A DNA stretch of 64,000 bases, taken from NCBI GenBank assembly GCA_043228905.1, contig JBHGNT010000008.1, forward strand, positions 7,316,001 through 7,380,000. The letters are read 5' to 3'. The number at the start of each line of letters is the position of its first letter. The stretch's first letter is position 1. This stretch comes from Azolla caroliniana. Its lineage: Eukaryota; Plantae; Polypodiophyta. The position numbers were made by a program, and so were the translations under genes. Of the stretch, positions 1-13,400 are shown one piece after another. The notes below the pieces were generated by a model that saw nothing but the letters and a program-made list of their open reading frames with translations, was not told the origin of the DNA and did no database searches.

Positions 1-3000
1 ACCGTCGAGTTCCGCAAGATGGTAGGTCTCGTTGTCGTTGGCGCCTGTCACCACGTAAGGCTCGAACCACCTCCTTGCAAACTTCCGCGTTGCCTTGTGC
101 TAGTTGTCAAGGTTGTTGTCATACACTAGGACCCAGTCGCCTTCCTCGATTTTCTTCGGTCGCAGTCGGTGAGTCCGATCAAACCGCCCTTTGTTCTTCA
201 ACCTTGCCAACCGAAGCTTCTCCGCGGCTCGTTCCTCGTCCTCCGGCCTTCGCTCGAGCTGTCGAATCCGTGCCGCTAGCAGCTCCTCCCGACTCATCTC
301 ATCTCTCCAGTCCACCGTGGCCCATGAGGAGATGGTTCGCTTTGTTGGCATGATCGGCCTCTGTCCGTACATAAGTCTGCCGGCATGAACCCGGTTACCG
401 AACTGTGCGTAGTTCGGTCCGCCCACAAGGCATAAGGTAGCAGTCGCACCCAGTTCCCGACTTGGCCTTCACACGCCCGTACTAGCGCTTTGACGATTGG
501 CCCGTGTCCGCGCTCCACCTTCCCGTTAGCCTCCGGATTGTACGTTGTGGTGAGCGAGAGTTTGACCCCTAGTCGGTCAAACAGCTCTTCAGCCTCTTGC
601 GTGTCCAACTCTCCACGGTCAGCCACGATCTTTCCTACGCTCCCATACCGACATATCATGTCCTCGATCAGAAACCGGCACACAACCGCGATCGTTTTGT
701 TCTACAGCGCTCGGCCTTCAACCTGGTTTGTCAGATCCTCCCAAGCCAACACCAGATACCGCATCTATCCTACCCCCATCGACATCGTCACCAAATCCAC
801 CATCCATTTGAAGTGGACGGTCAGAGGGTAGATCGGGTGAAGCTCGTCCCAGTGTCAGACTATGGAGTGCATCTGACAGCTTTCGCAAGTCGTCACGAAC
901 CGATGCACGTCCCGGTACAGTTCCAGCCACCAGTACTTCCCTCTTAGCTTCTCGAACGTGGCCCACGTTCTGCGGTGTCTGGCCTAGGGACTCTCGTGGT
1001 AGGCCTCCAACAACTCCTCATGTTCCTCCTTTGCCACCACTCGGAGCGGGATGTCATCCCTCTTCTTCGGGTGCTTCCATATGTACCCATCCCGAAGGAA
1101 GAATCGGTACGCTTTCTTCCGGATCAGGTTGGTCTCTTCCTTTGTCCACACCGCGTCCGGTGTCATTGTTTTCAGGAGCCCGCCGATCTGGAGCCACTCC
1201 CTGTCATACTTGCTCTCGTCAAATTCGTTAAGCGCCGGAGTGCTCCCCTTTCTGGTCGTCACGTATGCCGCCTCGAAGAAATCTACGCCCGACTTCCTCG
1301 TCCTCCGAAACCATGTCGTCCTCGTTTTCGAACCTTGCCCTTGAGAGCATGTCGACCATGGCATTGTCTTTTCCGAAAATGTGTCGTATCTCCGGATTCA
1401 GGGACTTAATGTATGCTATCCACCGGAGCATTGCCAGGTCCGGCGTCACGCATCCGGAAACCATGCCGAGAATCGGCAGGTAGTCCGTCTCGATTATTAC
1501 CTCTGTCCCGATCAGGTAGCCTTTATCGGCCTTCACCGCCGAAACGATACCCTAGAGTTCGCGTTTAACCTTGGCGTATCCTCGTTGTCGCTCACTGAGG
1601 ACCTTCGTGCCGAACCGGATGGGGAACCTCGTGCCAACGTCATCCTCTTGGTTGATCACCCACCCGATCCCGGTCGGGCTCGTGTCCACCGTCACGTAGA
1701 TGGGGACGCCCTTGCCGTAGGCCGCTTTACGGAGAGCTGGTGCTATCGTAAGCGCCTCCTTTAGTATCCGGACCGACTCCGTGTGCTCCGTCCTCCACTC
1801 GAACCTACGCCCTTTCTTCAATAGCCCGTACAGCGGCTCCGTAACATGAGCGTAGTGCGGAATCTAGATGTGGTAGAACGCGCGCGCCCCCAAGAATCTG
1901 CGGACCTCTGTAACCGACAAGCAGTCGTCCTTCATCGCGGAGATGGCTTCTACCTTTGCCGGAGACGGTTTCCTACCGTAAGGCCCACATAGGTGTCCGA
2001 CCACCAAGATCTCTGACTGCCCGAACGCCGATTTTTCTCCGGAGAAGGTGAGTCGTGCGCTCTCGAGCCTCTATAGCACCTTCTCGTAGTCGTTGATGTG
2101 GTTCACGACGAACCTCCGGCATCCGTCCGGCCCGACAGTCTCGTCCGCATCTTCCACCGGACACCCCTTTATCGGGATGTCGTCCAAGAATGACATGGTG
2201 ATGTCCGGGATGCAGTCCCTCAGCACCTTGTTCATTGCGTTCACCATATGCGTGACCGAGTTCATCCACCTTGTGGTAGGGTACACATCCGTACTAGATC
2301 GAGAGGAGTTTGCATCGTCGTGATATCCCTGCTCTCCACGGCTAGCTGGAACTAGTCGTACCCCGAGTACAGATCACCGACAGAGTAAATCGACCTTCCG
2401 GCGAAGGCCTCCGCGAACTCGTCTATGGTCGGTCCGATTCCTGCATTCCGAATGGTCACCTTGTTGACCAGTTGCAGGTCTTGAATAAAACGTAACGTGT
2501 CGTTCTTCTTTGGCACGGTAAACCACCGATTCGAGTATGGGGCACTCAACGGTTCGAGGATGCCCATCTCAACCTTCTGTTTCAACAACTCCATCAGCTT
2601 CGGGATGTGAGCTCTGGGTACCTGAATCGGTTTGAGGTTCCATGGCACATGCAGTACCGTGAAGATCATCGTCAGTTCCACAATTGTCGGGTCTACGCAC
2701 CCGATCTCCTCCGGTGAGAATGTGAAAGCCTTCCCGTGCCTCCCGAGCATTCTCCAAAACTGGTCCTCTTCCGTCGGCAGTAGAAAGCCACCCCCACCAA
2801 TCTTGAGCTCTCGTAGCGTTATATCGGTGAACGTGTGTCCTATGCTAGCCGGATCTCGCAAACTCGGGTCCGACGCACCCCCCTTTACTCGTAACTCACT
2901 GCCCTCCGGCAAGGGTGCCGCTACTGACCTCACCTTCCGGTCCACTGTCTTGTACTTTGTGTCCACCCGGGCCGTTCGATCCGACTCGAGCCCGTTACAG

Positions 3001-3845
3001 AAGTCGGCGATGACTTCGTACATCCCTTCCGAACATACCAAAATCGTTTGGTCCTCTTTAAGGCCTCCTCCGACCACCTCTCGTAACTGTCCCAAGGTGT
3101 CGTCGAAAGAGACCGCCTCCACGACTCCGTTGATTTCCTCTCCAGGGCCGAGGACTCCGCATGCTTGAAGTCACTCCTCCGCGCTCTTCTTCTCCCGGCC
3201 AACGACGTCGACAATCGTACAACCCCCGTTGTCGGAGAACCAAAATTTCCTACCTATAGTACATGTCTTCTTCCCTACTGTACATTTGTGGGGTTTTTCC
3301 GGGGGGGGTGTCCGGACTAACGCAGCCCCACGCCTTGATAGCCCTCTCTAAAACTCGGATCTCGCCACCGAGGGTCTCGCGGTTATGCTCATGGTTTGGT
3401 CGCACCGTAAGGAACTGGACCGAGTGACGCCCGTCCTGGCTCTTGACTCTTGCATAGGCCGAACCGTTGTCCAGCACCTTGGTCTCCATCCATGTCGCCG
3501 TGATGTATGGTTCTCCTAGTATAACTGGATGTGAGGACGTCTCCTACACGAAGAAGTGCTGGTCGATCTCGACATCGCCGATTTTCACCCGTACGTTTGG
3601 GCAAGCTCCATGTAGTTCTTCCGTGGCACGCGTCGCTGCCCGTATTTTCCAACCATTTCCCCTTTTTGTAGAAGTCCATGGACATCAAGTTGATTTTTGA
3701 ACCGTGGTCCACCAACGCCACCACCGGCTCCTGGACATTCCCGACCTTAACAGGGGTCTCCGTGGTCGCTCTAGCCCAGTGCAGCCTCGAATAGTGGCTC
3801 TCCGCCAACTCGTCTTCTAGCGCCATGTCCTTTATGTGCGTCATT
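1..3845 (-). mobile_element. Degenerate Ty3/Gypsy LTR retrotransposon pol (protease-RT-RNase H-integrase), frameshifted, runs off the window start
   Basis: Minus-strand ORF fragments in Gypsy order: protease VALVDHGSKINLM (3389-3844); RT LRFIQDLQLVNK...DLYSGY and SFLDDIPIKG (2071-3122); RNase H VTVDTSPTGIGW...IETD (1228-1821); integrase VADRGE...YNPEANGKVERGH (294-683); C-terminal GDWVLVYD (100-426). Confidence 0.93.
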
Positions 3846-4235
3846 CGCCCTACGCACTGGCTATTGGCTCCTTAATGTACGTGATGGTCGCAACATGACC
3901 AGACTTAGCCCATGTCGTAGGAGACGTTAATAGATTTAATATGCACAATCCCGACCGATCGCATTGGAACGCAGTAAAGACTATGGCATCCTATTCGGCC
4001 ATAATTATACTTTAGGCATAGTTGGTTATATACCGACTCAGACTTTGCCGACTATGTGGACAGTCGAAAATCAACAACCATATATTGCTTTAAATTTGGC
4101 AATGGAGCAATCTCATGGAAGTCGAAACTTCAAGAGTGCATTGCTATGTCAACGATTGAGGCCAAATATGTAGCCGCATTTGACGCAGTGAAAGAGACCT
4201 TATGGCTCGGTCGACAGGCGCACACGTTGTCGAGT
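3846..4235 (+). mobile_element. Ty1/Copia RT-RNase H fragment
   Basis: Reads PYALAIGSLMYVMVAT-PDLAHVVG, then DSRKSTTIYCFKFGNGAISWKSKLQECIAMSTIEAKY (4056-4256 ORF), which are Copia RNase H motifs. Abrupt junction with the opposite-strand Gypsy near 3846. Confidence 0.88.
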
Positions 4236-4236
4236 T

Positions 4237-4740
4237 GTTACGCTCTTCACGTGTAGGATCCAAGGCGGGACCACCGGTGTCATGGACTAGGGATTAGAAG
4301 AGAAAGAGTAAGACAAGAAATGGAAGCTTAGCTCAAGAGGAGAAGAGGAAAGAATAAGACCATGACATAGAAGGAGAGATTGGCGGAGGCAAGATGCTCA
4401 ACAAGTTATATTAAAATAAACGAATGATTACAACATTGGTGGCCGCATGGGCCACACCAAACGACTATGAGAAAACCCTAACCGGGGATGAACAAGGAAA
4501 CCCTAATCGAAACCCTAACCCTAAAACAGTGAGAACTCTAGACTAAGTGGTATACATTTCATACGCAAAATAGGCAACTCCTTCATAAGTGACCCCTCCC
4601 TTCCTTTTATAGCCCAAGGAGGGAGGGACCTTACAATGTGGGATAAAATTTCCCCTCTTATTTTTATACACCATTTCCTAGTATACGTGTGCACATGTTG
4701 CACACCACCGACTTGCCCATTCCACCCCGGTTTCCCCCTA
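4237..4740 (-). mobile_element. Probable LTR with adjacent polypurine-tract-like sequence (minus orientation)
   Basis: Left end TGTTACG near 4237; GGCTATAAAAGG on the minus strand near 4603-4614; AAACCCTAA telo-box motifs 4472-4525; pyrimidine run CCACCCCGGTTTCCCCCT (4722-4739) is purine-rich on minus. No partner LTR seen. Confidence 0.4.
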
Positions 4741-4851
4741 TGGATGAAAATCTTCACGACAACGTTTCGACAAGCAACTTTGATTAGGCTCCAATTGTCT
4801 ACAACAGTCAAGGTGTTGTCACTTTGTCAAGAAATCCGGTTTGTTGGCCTA

Positions 4852-6600
4852 TGAGAGTATGATCCGGAGGTGGAGGTGTGAACCAGGAAGAGTTAAAGCC
4901 GGATTAATATTATTAATATAGTTAAGGAAATGACGGATTCGGATAATTGTACCGATTCGGATCTACACCGATTAGTAGACGGTAGCAGGTAGGCACCGTT
5001 TTGTAACTCTTACCGGATGCCTATAAAAGGATCCGAATTGATGTATATTTCATAGTAGTAATGTGAGTTTAAGTATTGTTGTCTATGTTCTATTGTCTGT
5101 ATCATCTTGTGTGTTTGTTGTTTGTGCAATAATTTCCAATCTTACGTGTGTAATTAAGATCCGGATAAGTGAGTGATTCTGGAAGGCATTTCGAAAAGTA
5201 ACCGGATAATGTTAACTAAATGAGTGCAGAATTATCATCCATATCTCTACACACCCCTTTGGATTCATGTTTCGGAAGGGAACACCCTGTGTTTGTGGCT
5301 AGTCCGGCCATGGATTAACACAATTTTGGCGACCATGATGCCTAAACAAAACAGTGAACAATGGGGATGGATGTCTAGACAGACGAACGTACCCAGTGGC
5401 TGGACGAAGCGAGAAGACTAGTTGAGTGATTGTGGAGGCAGGAGGCTTACCAACAGGCGACAGAGGAGATCCGACAGGATTGGTCGTTTCCTAGAGAGAT
5501 TCGGCGGGTTGTGGAGGAAACAGTCTACATTCAAAATCAACGATACTCACACGAAGGAAGCGGCCTTACCAATCTGCTCGACGTTGAATTGATATTGCAG
5601 ATTTTAGTAACATGCGTCGGAGATTCAGAGGCCCTCTCGGCATTCGAGTTGGGATTTGACAGCGACGAGCGGAGCGTCCACTCGAATTACAGATCCAATC
5701 ACGACACTTCGGACGAGCTAGAGGAAGACAGATCCGAGCACACACCAACACAGGAGTCGAGAACTTCGTTACCACACCGACGAAACAAGAAAATTTGGTT
5801 CCAACACCACCAGTAGAGGAAGCCAATCCGGTGTTGCCCGAAGAAGTGATTCTGGAACAACCACCGATAGAGGAAAACAATCAGGCGCCAACACCATCGG
5901 TGCAAGAAATCATACCGACACTCGACTGTGACGAAGAAGAAGATACCATACCGTACCCATACCCAAAGTACTGGGACGAGCCGAACGCGGATGCACATGT
6001 CCACGCATTTCTACATACATGGGAGGCCAACTACATTTCCCAACAACTAACGATATCCAAAGCAGGGAGATCGAAAATTGCAGAGTTTGGACTATCATTG
6101 GAAGGACCAACGGTGAGATGGCACGCACAGTACTCCCCAGGGAGTTTCGCCACATTCACTAACCTACGAGACAAGTTCTTGCGATTGTTCCATCAACAAG
6201 TGGCGCAAAGGGAGTTGGTCGGACAATTTTATACCACTTACCAAGAAGCACACGAAATTGTACCACAGTTTATAATCTGATTCCAAATTCTACACAACCA
6301 TTTGACACGGGCACCTCCGGAGGATGAGGTCAAAGCGGTATTTTTGGCGGCTCTCCGATAGCCACTCCGAAATATGTTAGTAGTATTGGATTTCCGAACG
6401 AGCACAATCGACCAGGTCATAGACCGGGTGCTCGAAATGGATCGAGCCTAGAATAGTAATCATATGGCGATGGGAGCTCTCCAACGCGCATTGTCCAGAG
6501 AGGAGGACCTGCGATTCCGACAGGCAGTTCAATGTACAACTTGTATGAACCCTGGCCATTCCACCTTGGAATGCACGATGCAGGCATAGTGTTTGTTGTG
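4852..6600 (+). mobile_element. 5' part of a Gypsy-type LTR element: LTR (~4852-5320), tRNA-Arg-type PBS (5327-5340), degenerate gag with zinc knuckle
   Basis: LTR ends ...GATTAACA at 5320, followed by CAATTT-TGGCGACCATGATG. CCTATAAAAGG lies at ~5019-5029. Gag-like ORFs 5430-6280 (KIAEFGLSLEGPTVRWH...FTNLRDKFLRLF) and CTTCMNPGHSTLEC near 6533-6575. The LTR shares blocks with the LTR at 55380-55798. Left boundary is approximate. Confidence 0.8.
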
Positions 6601-8084
6601 TCACTCAAAGACACACAAGGGAGCACGGATGACGAGCATGACATCTTGTGGAATGTGAGGTTGCAAGTTCAATACTCACTAACTATGTATTTTATGTCGT
6701 GACTGTATCGTGACACTCGGGATCAAAGTGATCCACACCCTCGACAACATATTGTTGACCCAAAGATACTATGTGTTGAATGTGCTATAAAAGTTTGGCA
6801 TGATGGATTGTTGGTCCGTCACAACTCCTGTTAATCGAAACTTGATGCTTCGCAATGTCTCGAGAATAGCCTACAATGCGACGATTCCGGCGAATTGTTG
6901 GAAGCCTGATATGTCTAACGATCACTGGAGCCGATCTCAACTATCCAATCGGCTTGATTAGCCAATTCATGTAGAAGCCGACAACTGAGCACCTTCAGTG
7001 CCCACATTAGATATTGTGACATGTCAAGGACACGAAGGATTATGGGTTGCTATATCAGAACAACATAGTCGAACAACTAGTTGGCTATACATATGCCGAT
7101 TGGACCAAAGACGCCATGGATCGCCGATCGATATTAGGCTTTACGTTCTCCCTAAGTAGAATAGAAGGTGCATTGTTTAATCTCAACAAAGCTACTTGAG
7201 AAAGATGGAGAAAGATAGTTACACGTTTAGAGCACAAGAATGAGATTTTTTATTTGGAATCTTGCCAAACTGCTTTACAAGACTCAGTTCCCCATATTTA
7301 TACTTAGGGTAACTAAGCCCTGACTCCCTTAGGGAGTGTCCAGACAAGAGATACAAGTGGGTAAATGTTAGAGCTATGATCTAAAGTAAGCATATGATAA
7401 GGATATAATAGATATAAAATAAGAAAGGAGAGGGAGAAATAAGGGTGTCGATCCACCCAATCACCCCCGAGTGAAGGGATCGAGATAGACTCGAGCCTCG
7501 ATCGATGTCCCATACCACTGTTGTGGTGTCGAATCGTACATGGTGCTGGCGCACTAACTACAAGAGTTGACCCACCACAATGTTAGAGTCTCGAAGTAGT
7601 CGATAATGTGTCAAATGATGGTAGTTAGGCCTCATATTTATAGCCAGACCTAAGGCCCCCATGCAAGTTCACACTTGTCCTAATGGGTTGTCTCGATCCC
7701 GAGGATAAAGTAATCCTCCCCTTCTTTACACTCTCGTTTAACCCTCACGTGTTATCCACGTGTATAGAATACTATGGTAAATTCTCACCACGGGATATTA
7801 TATGGTCATGCACGTAACAGTAGAGTGGGACTTTTAGCCCAACACCATATTCAAAAGCCAAAACACAAGAATTTACAAGCCCAATATGGCATTGGCAAAA
7901 GATCTAATATTACAATACTCATCGGCAAAATAACAAAATTTACAAGCCTAATATGTGATGACAAAAAATTGGAATGAAGTTACAAGTTGGTAAAGCCCAA
8001 AACATGGTGTGCCCACTTAACAATCATACGATGGAGGAGGTAGATGCTATCATGACCATACCAATGCTCAAGCCTTGTCAGATT

Positions 8085-8320
8085 GAATTTATAAGAACAC
8101 ACATTCGAGGATGAAGGTACACACTTGAAGACTAACAAGTGATAAACTCCACCTGAATTGACAATGACAGTAATGTATGATATGCATTACAATAAATAAA
8201 TTCAATCAAATTTATAAGAACACACATTTGAGGATGAATGTACACACTTGAAGACTAAGAGGTGGTCAACCCCACCTGAATTGACAATGTTAGTAATGTA
8301 TAATATGCATTACAACAAAG
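8085..8320. repeat. Tandem duplication, two ~120-bp units
   Basis: TTTATAAGAACACACATT..GAGGATGAA.GTACACACTTGAAGACTAA...CACCTGAATTGACAATG...ATATGCATTACAA occurs at ~8088 and ~8211. Confidence 0.85.
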
Positions 8321-9071
8321 AAATTTGTATCTCTTAGTAGTTTGAATACCAAGATCTAAATCCTTACATGTTGGAGTCACATCACCATCAGATGTTTCTG
8401 TTGCCTCACAATGAATTTGTTGGCTCATTTGGTCTGCACCTTCTAAAGCCCCTGCCTTTGCCCCCTCCATTAGGTTTTGGGTCTCCATCTTTCTTGAATA
8501 GTTTGTTTTGTTTGATACTGCTTTGTACAAAAACCTCGTTGCCATTAGAGAAAACATAATGCATTCATTAGAATTTGAGACTATCACATTTTTTATAAAT
8601 GAATTTGAATAGTACCTCTCTTCACTAGGTTTTCTTTCACCCCAAACTTCATCAAGGAACTATAAGGACTAAGCAACCAGCTATGCAACCAATATAGGAA
8701 GGGGCAAAAGATTGAAAACCCCCAATCTTCAAAACAAGAAGGTTGACCTTACCTTGAATGCATAGAAATAACAAAGTTTGCACAAAAATGACATTTGAAT
8801 GCATGAAAAGATGTTAAAGCAATAAGAATGGGGGAAATCAAAGATATGTATAGAAAAGTACATAGTTTTAATAATTTCCTAAACCCTAAATGTAGATAAG
8901 CAAACAAAGGAAGTACTTACTAGGTCGAGGTGGAGGTTCAATTTTAGATATAGGTGCAAGTGGTTGAGCGCAGGTGCAACAGGTTTCAAAATTTCAAAAA
9001 TGGGTGGAAAAATGTAAATATGTAGGGTTTTACCAACACTGCAGTTGTGCCTGAGTGAGATGCACTAGGAC

Positions 9072-9353
9072 ATCGGGTTAGGCAAAAAAACCCGAGTTAG
9101 GTTTCCAGAGTCCGAGTTAGGTGTGGAGCATTACATGGGTTAGAGTGACATAGTCTGGGTTAGGTAAGAAGGTTCAGGTTAGGTGTGAAGAATGACACTG
9201 CATGGGTTAGGTAATGTAATGGCATGATTTTCCCCAATTAGGTTAGAACCCCAGGTTAGGTTGAGATAGTCCGGGTTAGGTAATGTCATGGTAGGATGTG
9301 TCCAGGTTAGAAATTACAATGCCCAGGTTGGTGAATCGCATTGCTTGAGTTAG
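9072..9353. repeat. Cluster of ~12 short CCGGGTTAGG-like direct repeats, often ~19-20 bp apart
   Basis: Copies near 9074, 9092, 9112, 9136, 9156, 9176, 9203, 9251, 9271, 9302, 9323 and 9346. Resembles subterminal repeats of a DNA transposon. Confidence 0.65.
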
Positions 9354-10395
9354 ACGTGACAAAGGCTCATCAAAGCCGGGATGGTTTTTACACGTGTACT
9401 TTTTGCGGATAGAGATTTGACGGTGCACATCGCATGCACCTTTGAAAACGTGTCGTGCCCTGCACTGTTGGTGACCACGATATCCTCACCATACCTCTTT
9501 TTTATTTGGTACCAAATATAAACTTCAGTCGTCAACCACAATACTTTAACGATGTCCTTGCCCATAAGCGTGCATACATCCACTTCACTTTGAATTGACA
9601 TCTAATAGAGGGGCAATGCAAAGGCCTCAGACTCCCAACAGTGTTAGAAAAGAAAAGACTCACAATGAAGAGAAGTAAGATATTCATCAATTGAGTGACG
9701 AGACTTTATATTGACAATGAATGCAGATCACAACGAGAACTACCTTCCTCAAAAGTAGACTAGCAAATTAGCAATGGTTTCCCTATATGTGGTGGGTACT
9801 AAGTGTTTTAAAAGTGAAAACTTCTTCAAGCACCCTAGTTAGGACAGGCCATTACCTCACATGAATTGGACATGCATGTCCATTAATGTCTTACATAGAA
9901 TATAAAGGCTAATGGATCATGAGTTTAAATAGAGACCATGCAAACTATTCCTAGGGAGAAATCAAAGCTCGTGTTGTGCAAAACCATCAAATGCAAGAAA
10001 AGTGGGGGAAAACAACGTACCATTGTGTCCGGCATGACGAGGCTCTATATTAACCAAGCCCGAAATGCTATGCCAGCCCAGGGTCGAGTCAACGTCTTTG
10101 CAGTCGAGGGGTTAAGACGATTTCAATAACGAAGGCCATACATACGAGCTAGTGAGATCTCATTCGAATGATCGTAGTAGATCCAACTATGATTTGTTTT
10201 AGAAGGGGTAGCCGTAAAACTAACACAGTGCCATATATACTTATGAGTAATTAAGAACTAATCAAGGGTAATTAATGGCTGATAATTAATCATCAATGAT
10301 TGATAAGCCCTAGAACGAGGGTAGATTATTTTTCTAAGTTTTAACTGAGGTTGGGTTAATATTTAACCCAGGTGTGGGGTTAAGAAAACAGAGAG

Positions 10396-10431
10396 TTCTT
10401 TCTTCTTCTTCTTCTTCTTCTTCTTCTTCTT
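10396..10431 (+). repeat. (CTT)n microsatellite in the putative 5' UTR of the FCA-like gene
   Basis: About 11 CTT units roughly 70-100 bp upstream of ATG 10498. Confidence 0.9.
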
Positions 10432-10497
10432 TGCTCTTCTTCCTTCCTGTCTGTGTTCCTGTTTCTTCTTCACCCTCCTTTACTTCCTTTCTCTCTG

Positions 10498-13400
10498 ATG
10501 GACGGTCGGCGACAACAGTTTCCTCCTCCTCACCATCATCACTCTCACATGGGCGGTCCTCGACCTTCCTCCGCTTCTTTTCTTCCTCCTCCCACCCTGT
10601 CTGGACAGAAACGCCCCTTCCACCATCGCTCTTCAGGTATGTTTCTTTTCTTCACCTTTTTTTTGTTAGGAGTTTTCCCCTTAACCCTAATCTGCATCTC
10701 AAACTGCCCTTTTATTTTTTTATTTTTGACTTATGACATTTACTTCTGTTTTTTTGTTCGTAACCCTAAATTTCATCTCAATTCTGCTTCTCTTTAGTTA
10801 TTATTATTATTTTTGTTCTTGGTTTTTCTCTTAATCCTGAGATGTATCTCAACTGTATCATCTTTCTAAACTTTTGCCGTTTGGTTTGTCCTTCGCCTTC
10901 TACATTTGCCTTCAATTTTTTTCTTTGTGACTTTCTTAACCATATATTTAATCTCAACCTGTACTTCTTTTTATTCTTAATCCCAAATTCGTCTAATATG
11001 TATTTCTCTTTTGATGTAGTTTTTTCTGTCCGTAGCCCTAAATTTGATCTGAAATTTTCATGTTGCATTGCTTGATTATGGTATGCTATTTTTGTTCTTT
11101 ACCCTAATTTTCATTGGAGTTTTACTTTTATCTTTGCATGAATCCAATAATTGGTTTCCTCATATTGCTTGTTCTATTCTAACCCCAAATTTGATTACGT
11201 GCTTGATTTGTTCTCATATGGTTTTTTTCGAACTTAATCCTAATTTTCTTGTCAACCCTACTTTGGTTGAGTTTTTGCACACATATGGATTTTTGTTGTT
11301 ATCTTCTTGATTTCTATATTTCGTTTTGATTTTGTTGTTCTTAACCCTAAATTTTAACTCAATTCTACTTGGGATTAATTCCTAAGAATGGTTTGTTTTT
11401 CTTCTCAAATCTAATGTTCTTTTCACTTTATTTTGCTTTGATTAATTTCCTACTTGATATATATTCATATTGTATTTTTTTAATTCACTGTTTTTTTTCT
11501 TTTCGTAACTCTAAAGTCCTTCTCACTTTATTTTGCTTTGTTTGATTTCTGACTTGATATATATTCATATTGTATATTTTTTAATTCACCCTGGATTTTA
11601 TTTTTTGCATATGGTGTGTTTTCTCCCAACCTTAGTTCTGATATCTTGCTTGATGTACCCTATGCTATCTTTACATGTCAACCTGTCATTTCATTCCGAC
11701 TATTTTTTGCATTATTTCCTCATATGAGTGCCACTGCAATGATTGTTTTTTACTCTCATTTATCTAACTTTTCAATGAATTTGGGTTCTGCGTGTAGAGG
11801 GAGGAGGGTTTGCGAAGCTTTTTGTTGGTTCACTACCTCGGAACATTGGCGAAGATGAGGTATTTATTTTCCTTTTTCTTTCTTTCTTATTTTCCTTTGG
11901 GAACTTTGTGAAACCGGTGTTACTAGTTTTTAGGGTTTTAGAATGTAGGTAGGGCATCCAAGTCTTTCTGTTAAAGCATGCCAAAACCAGCCTTATGAAT
12001 ATAACATGGTATAACCGGAAGGATGCATGCCACTATACCGATGGACTTCTCCACCCATGAATGTGACAAGTGTATGAGGAGAGTTCTTGCAGCCAAAGAC
12101 CATTGGAGATATTATTGTTCCACAAACTTCAGATCAAAGTGCACACTCTAATTTGCTAGCCTTTTTATCCTAGGGGTTATGAAGGCTGGCTTAGGCTTGT
12201 ACTTAGATTGACAAGATTCTCCATCACATAAATAAACAATTACTACAAACAGATTGTCACCTGGTTCATTATATTTGTTTGTATATACATTACATCTGAT
12301 CCCAAAACATGCATCATGACTTGCCAACATATTCACGTTGAAGCTGAATAAAGCTAAAATTGCCATGTCTTGGGATAACTATTAGGTACTACTGAGTGCA
12401 TAGTGCACTAGGTATTTTCATCTTGTGTAAAGTATAAGTTATACGAATATATGAATTATTTGGAAAAATCTAGATAACGCGCAATTATTTGACTTAAGAA
12501 GACATTTGATATTTGGCCTTCGTATTGCTGATTCTCTCTTGAGCCCTCTGAGAAGAAAAACCCTTAGAAAGTTAAAAACTACTCACCAACAAGGGTATGT
12601 TATGATTGTTGGCACGCAATATCCTGATTGTGGAATGTGATGGAATCATTCATGTTTGGAACCAGAATTGTTTAATGAGTTTGAATAGCTCACTAAATGA
12701 CCATGTGGTGTGTTATTATTAACATAAATTTATGTCTCACCAGTCAGATGATGTTTTGAGTGACATTGGAATATCTTTATTTGCTTATCCAAGGAGAATT
12801 TATAATGTCTCAGCGCTAGAAATTCTTGTTTAAGGTGCGTTATGCACTTTCAATGACATGATATGTGTGCAAGCTTATTCTTGTTTGTCTTGGTACTTGG
12901 TCATTACAGACCCCCTATGCTCTGTATTATGCTCATGATCTTCAGTAATCTGTGGCAGAACTCTGTATCACTTTGTCTCATTTTTGATGTGGCTTATTTT
13001 ACTCTTTTTGAGAGTTTTAGTTCACGCTTCCTTTTTTATTCTTAGAATCGTATACCTAGTAATGCAAACAAAGGACTTGTGTTTCTGGATACCAACAGAG
13101 AACTCTTGTTTATCGTTACAATCTTTTAAACTTTGTGTAGCAATATGGATGAATCATATCGTTACAAAATTTAACGTCCTAATGCTTTTTTTTCACAAGA
13201 AAATTTGAAATGGAAGACATTTCAGATATGTCATAATGCAAGTGAGCATTCAATATGCGATATGACTTCTAAGTAATTCATAATGATGCGAATAAGTAGT
13301 AACCTGACTCCTTGATTGTAATTCTCCTGAGGTATTTTTCTCAGTGGCTTAAGGTTTCTCGTCGTGCAGCTTGATATTGAAAATATTTATCACGGGTGTA

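Noticed and set aside
6600-7800. Possible further LTR and pol debris
   Set aside because: A TATA-like motif on minus (~7635) and LTR-like composition are present, but I could not define termini, a TSD or protein motifs.
10374-11727. Short hydrophobic F/L-rich ORFs
   Set aside because: Translations of the CT-rich 5' UTR and T-rich first intron of FCA; only 10498-10636 fits the spliced frame.
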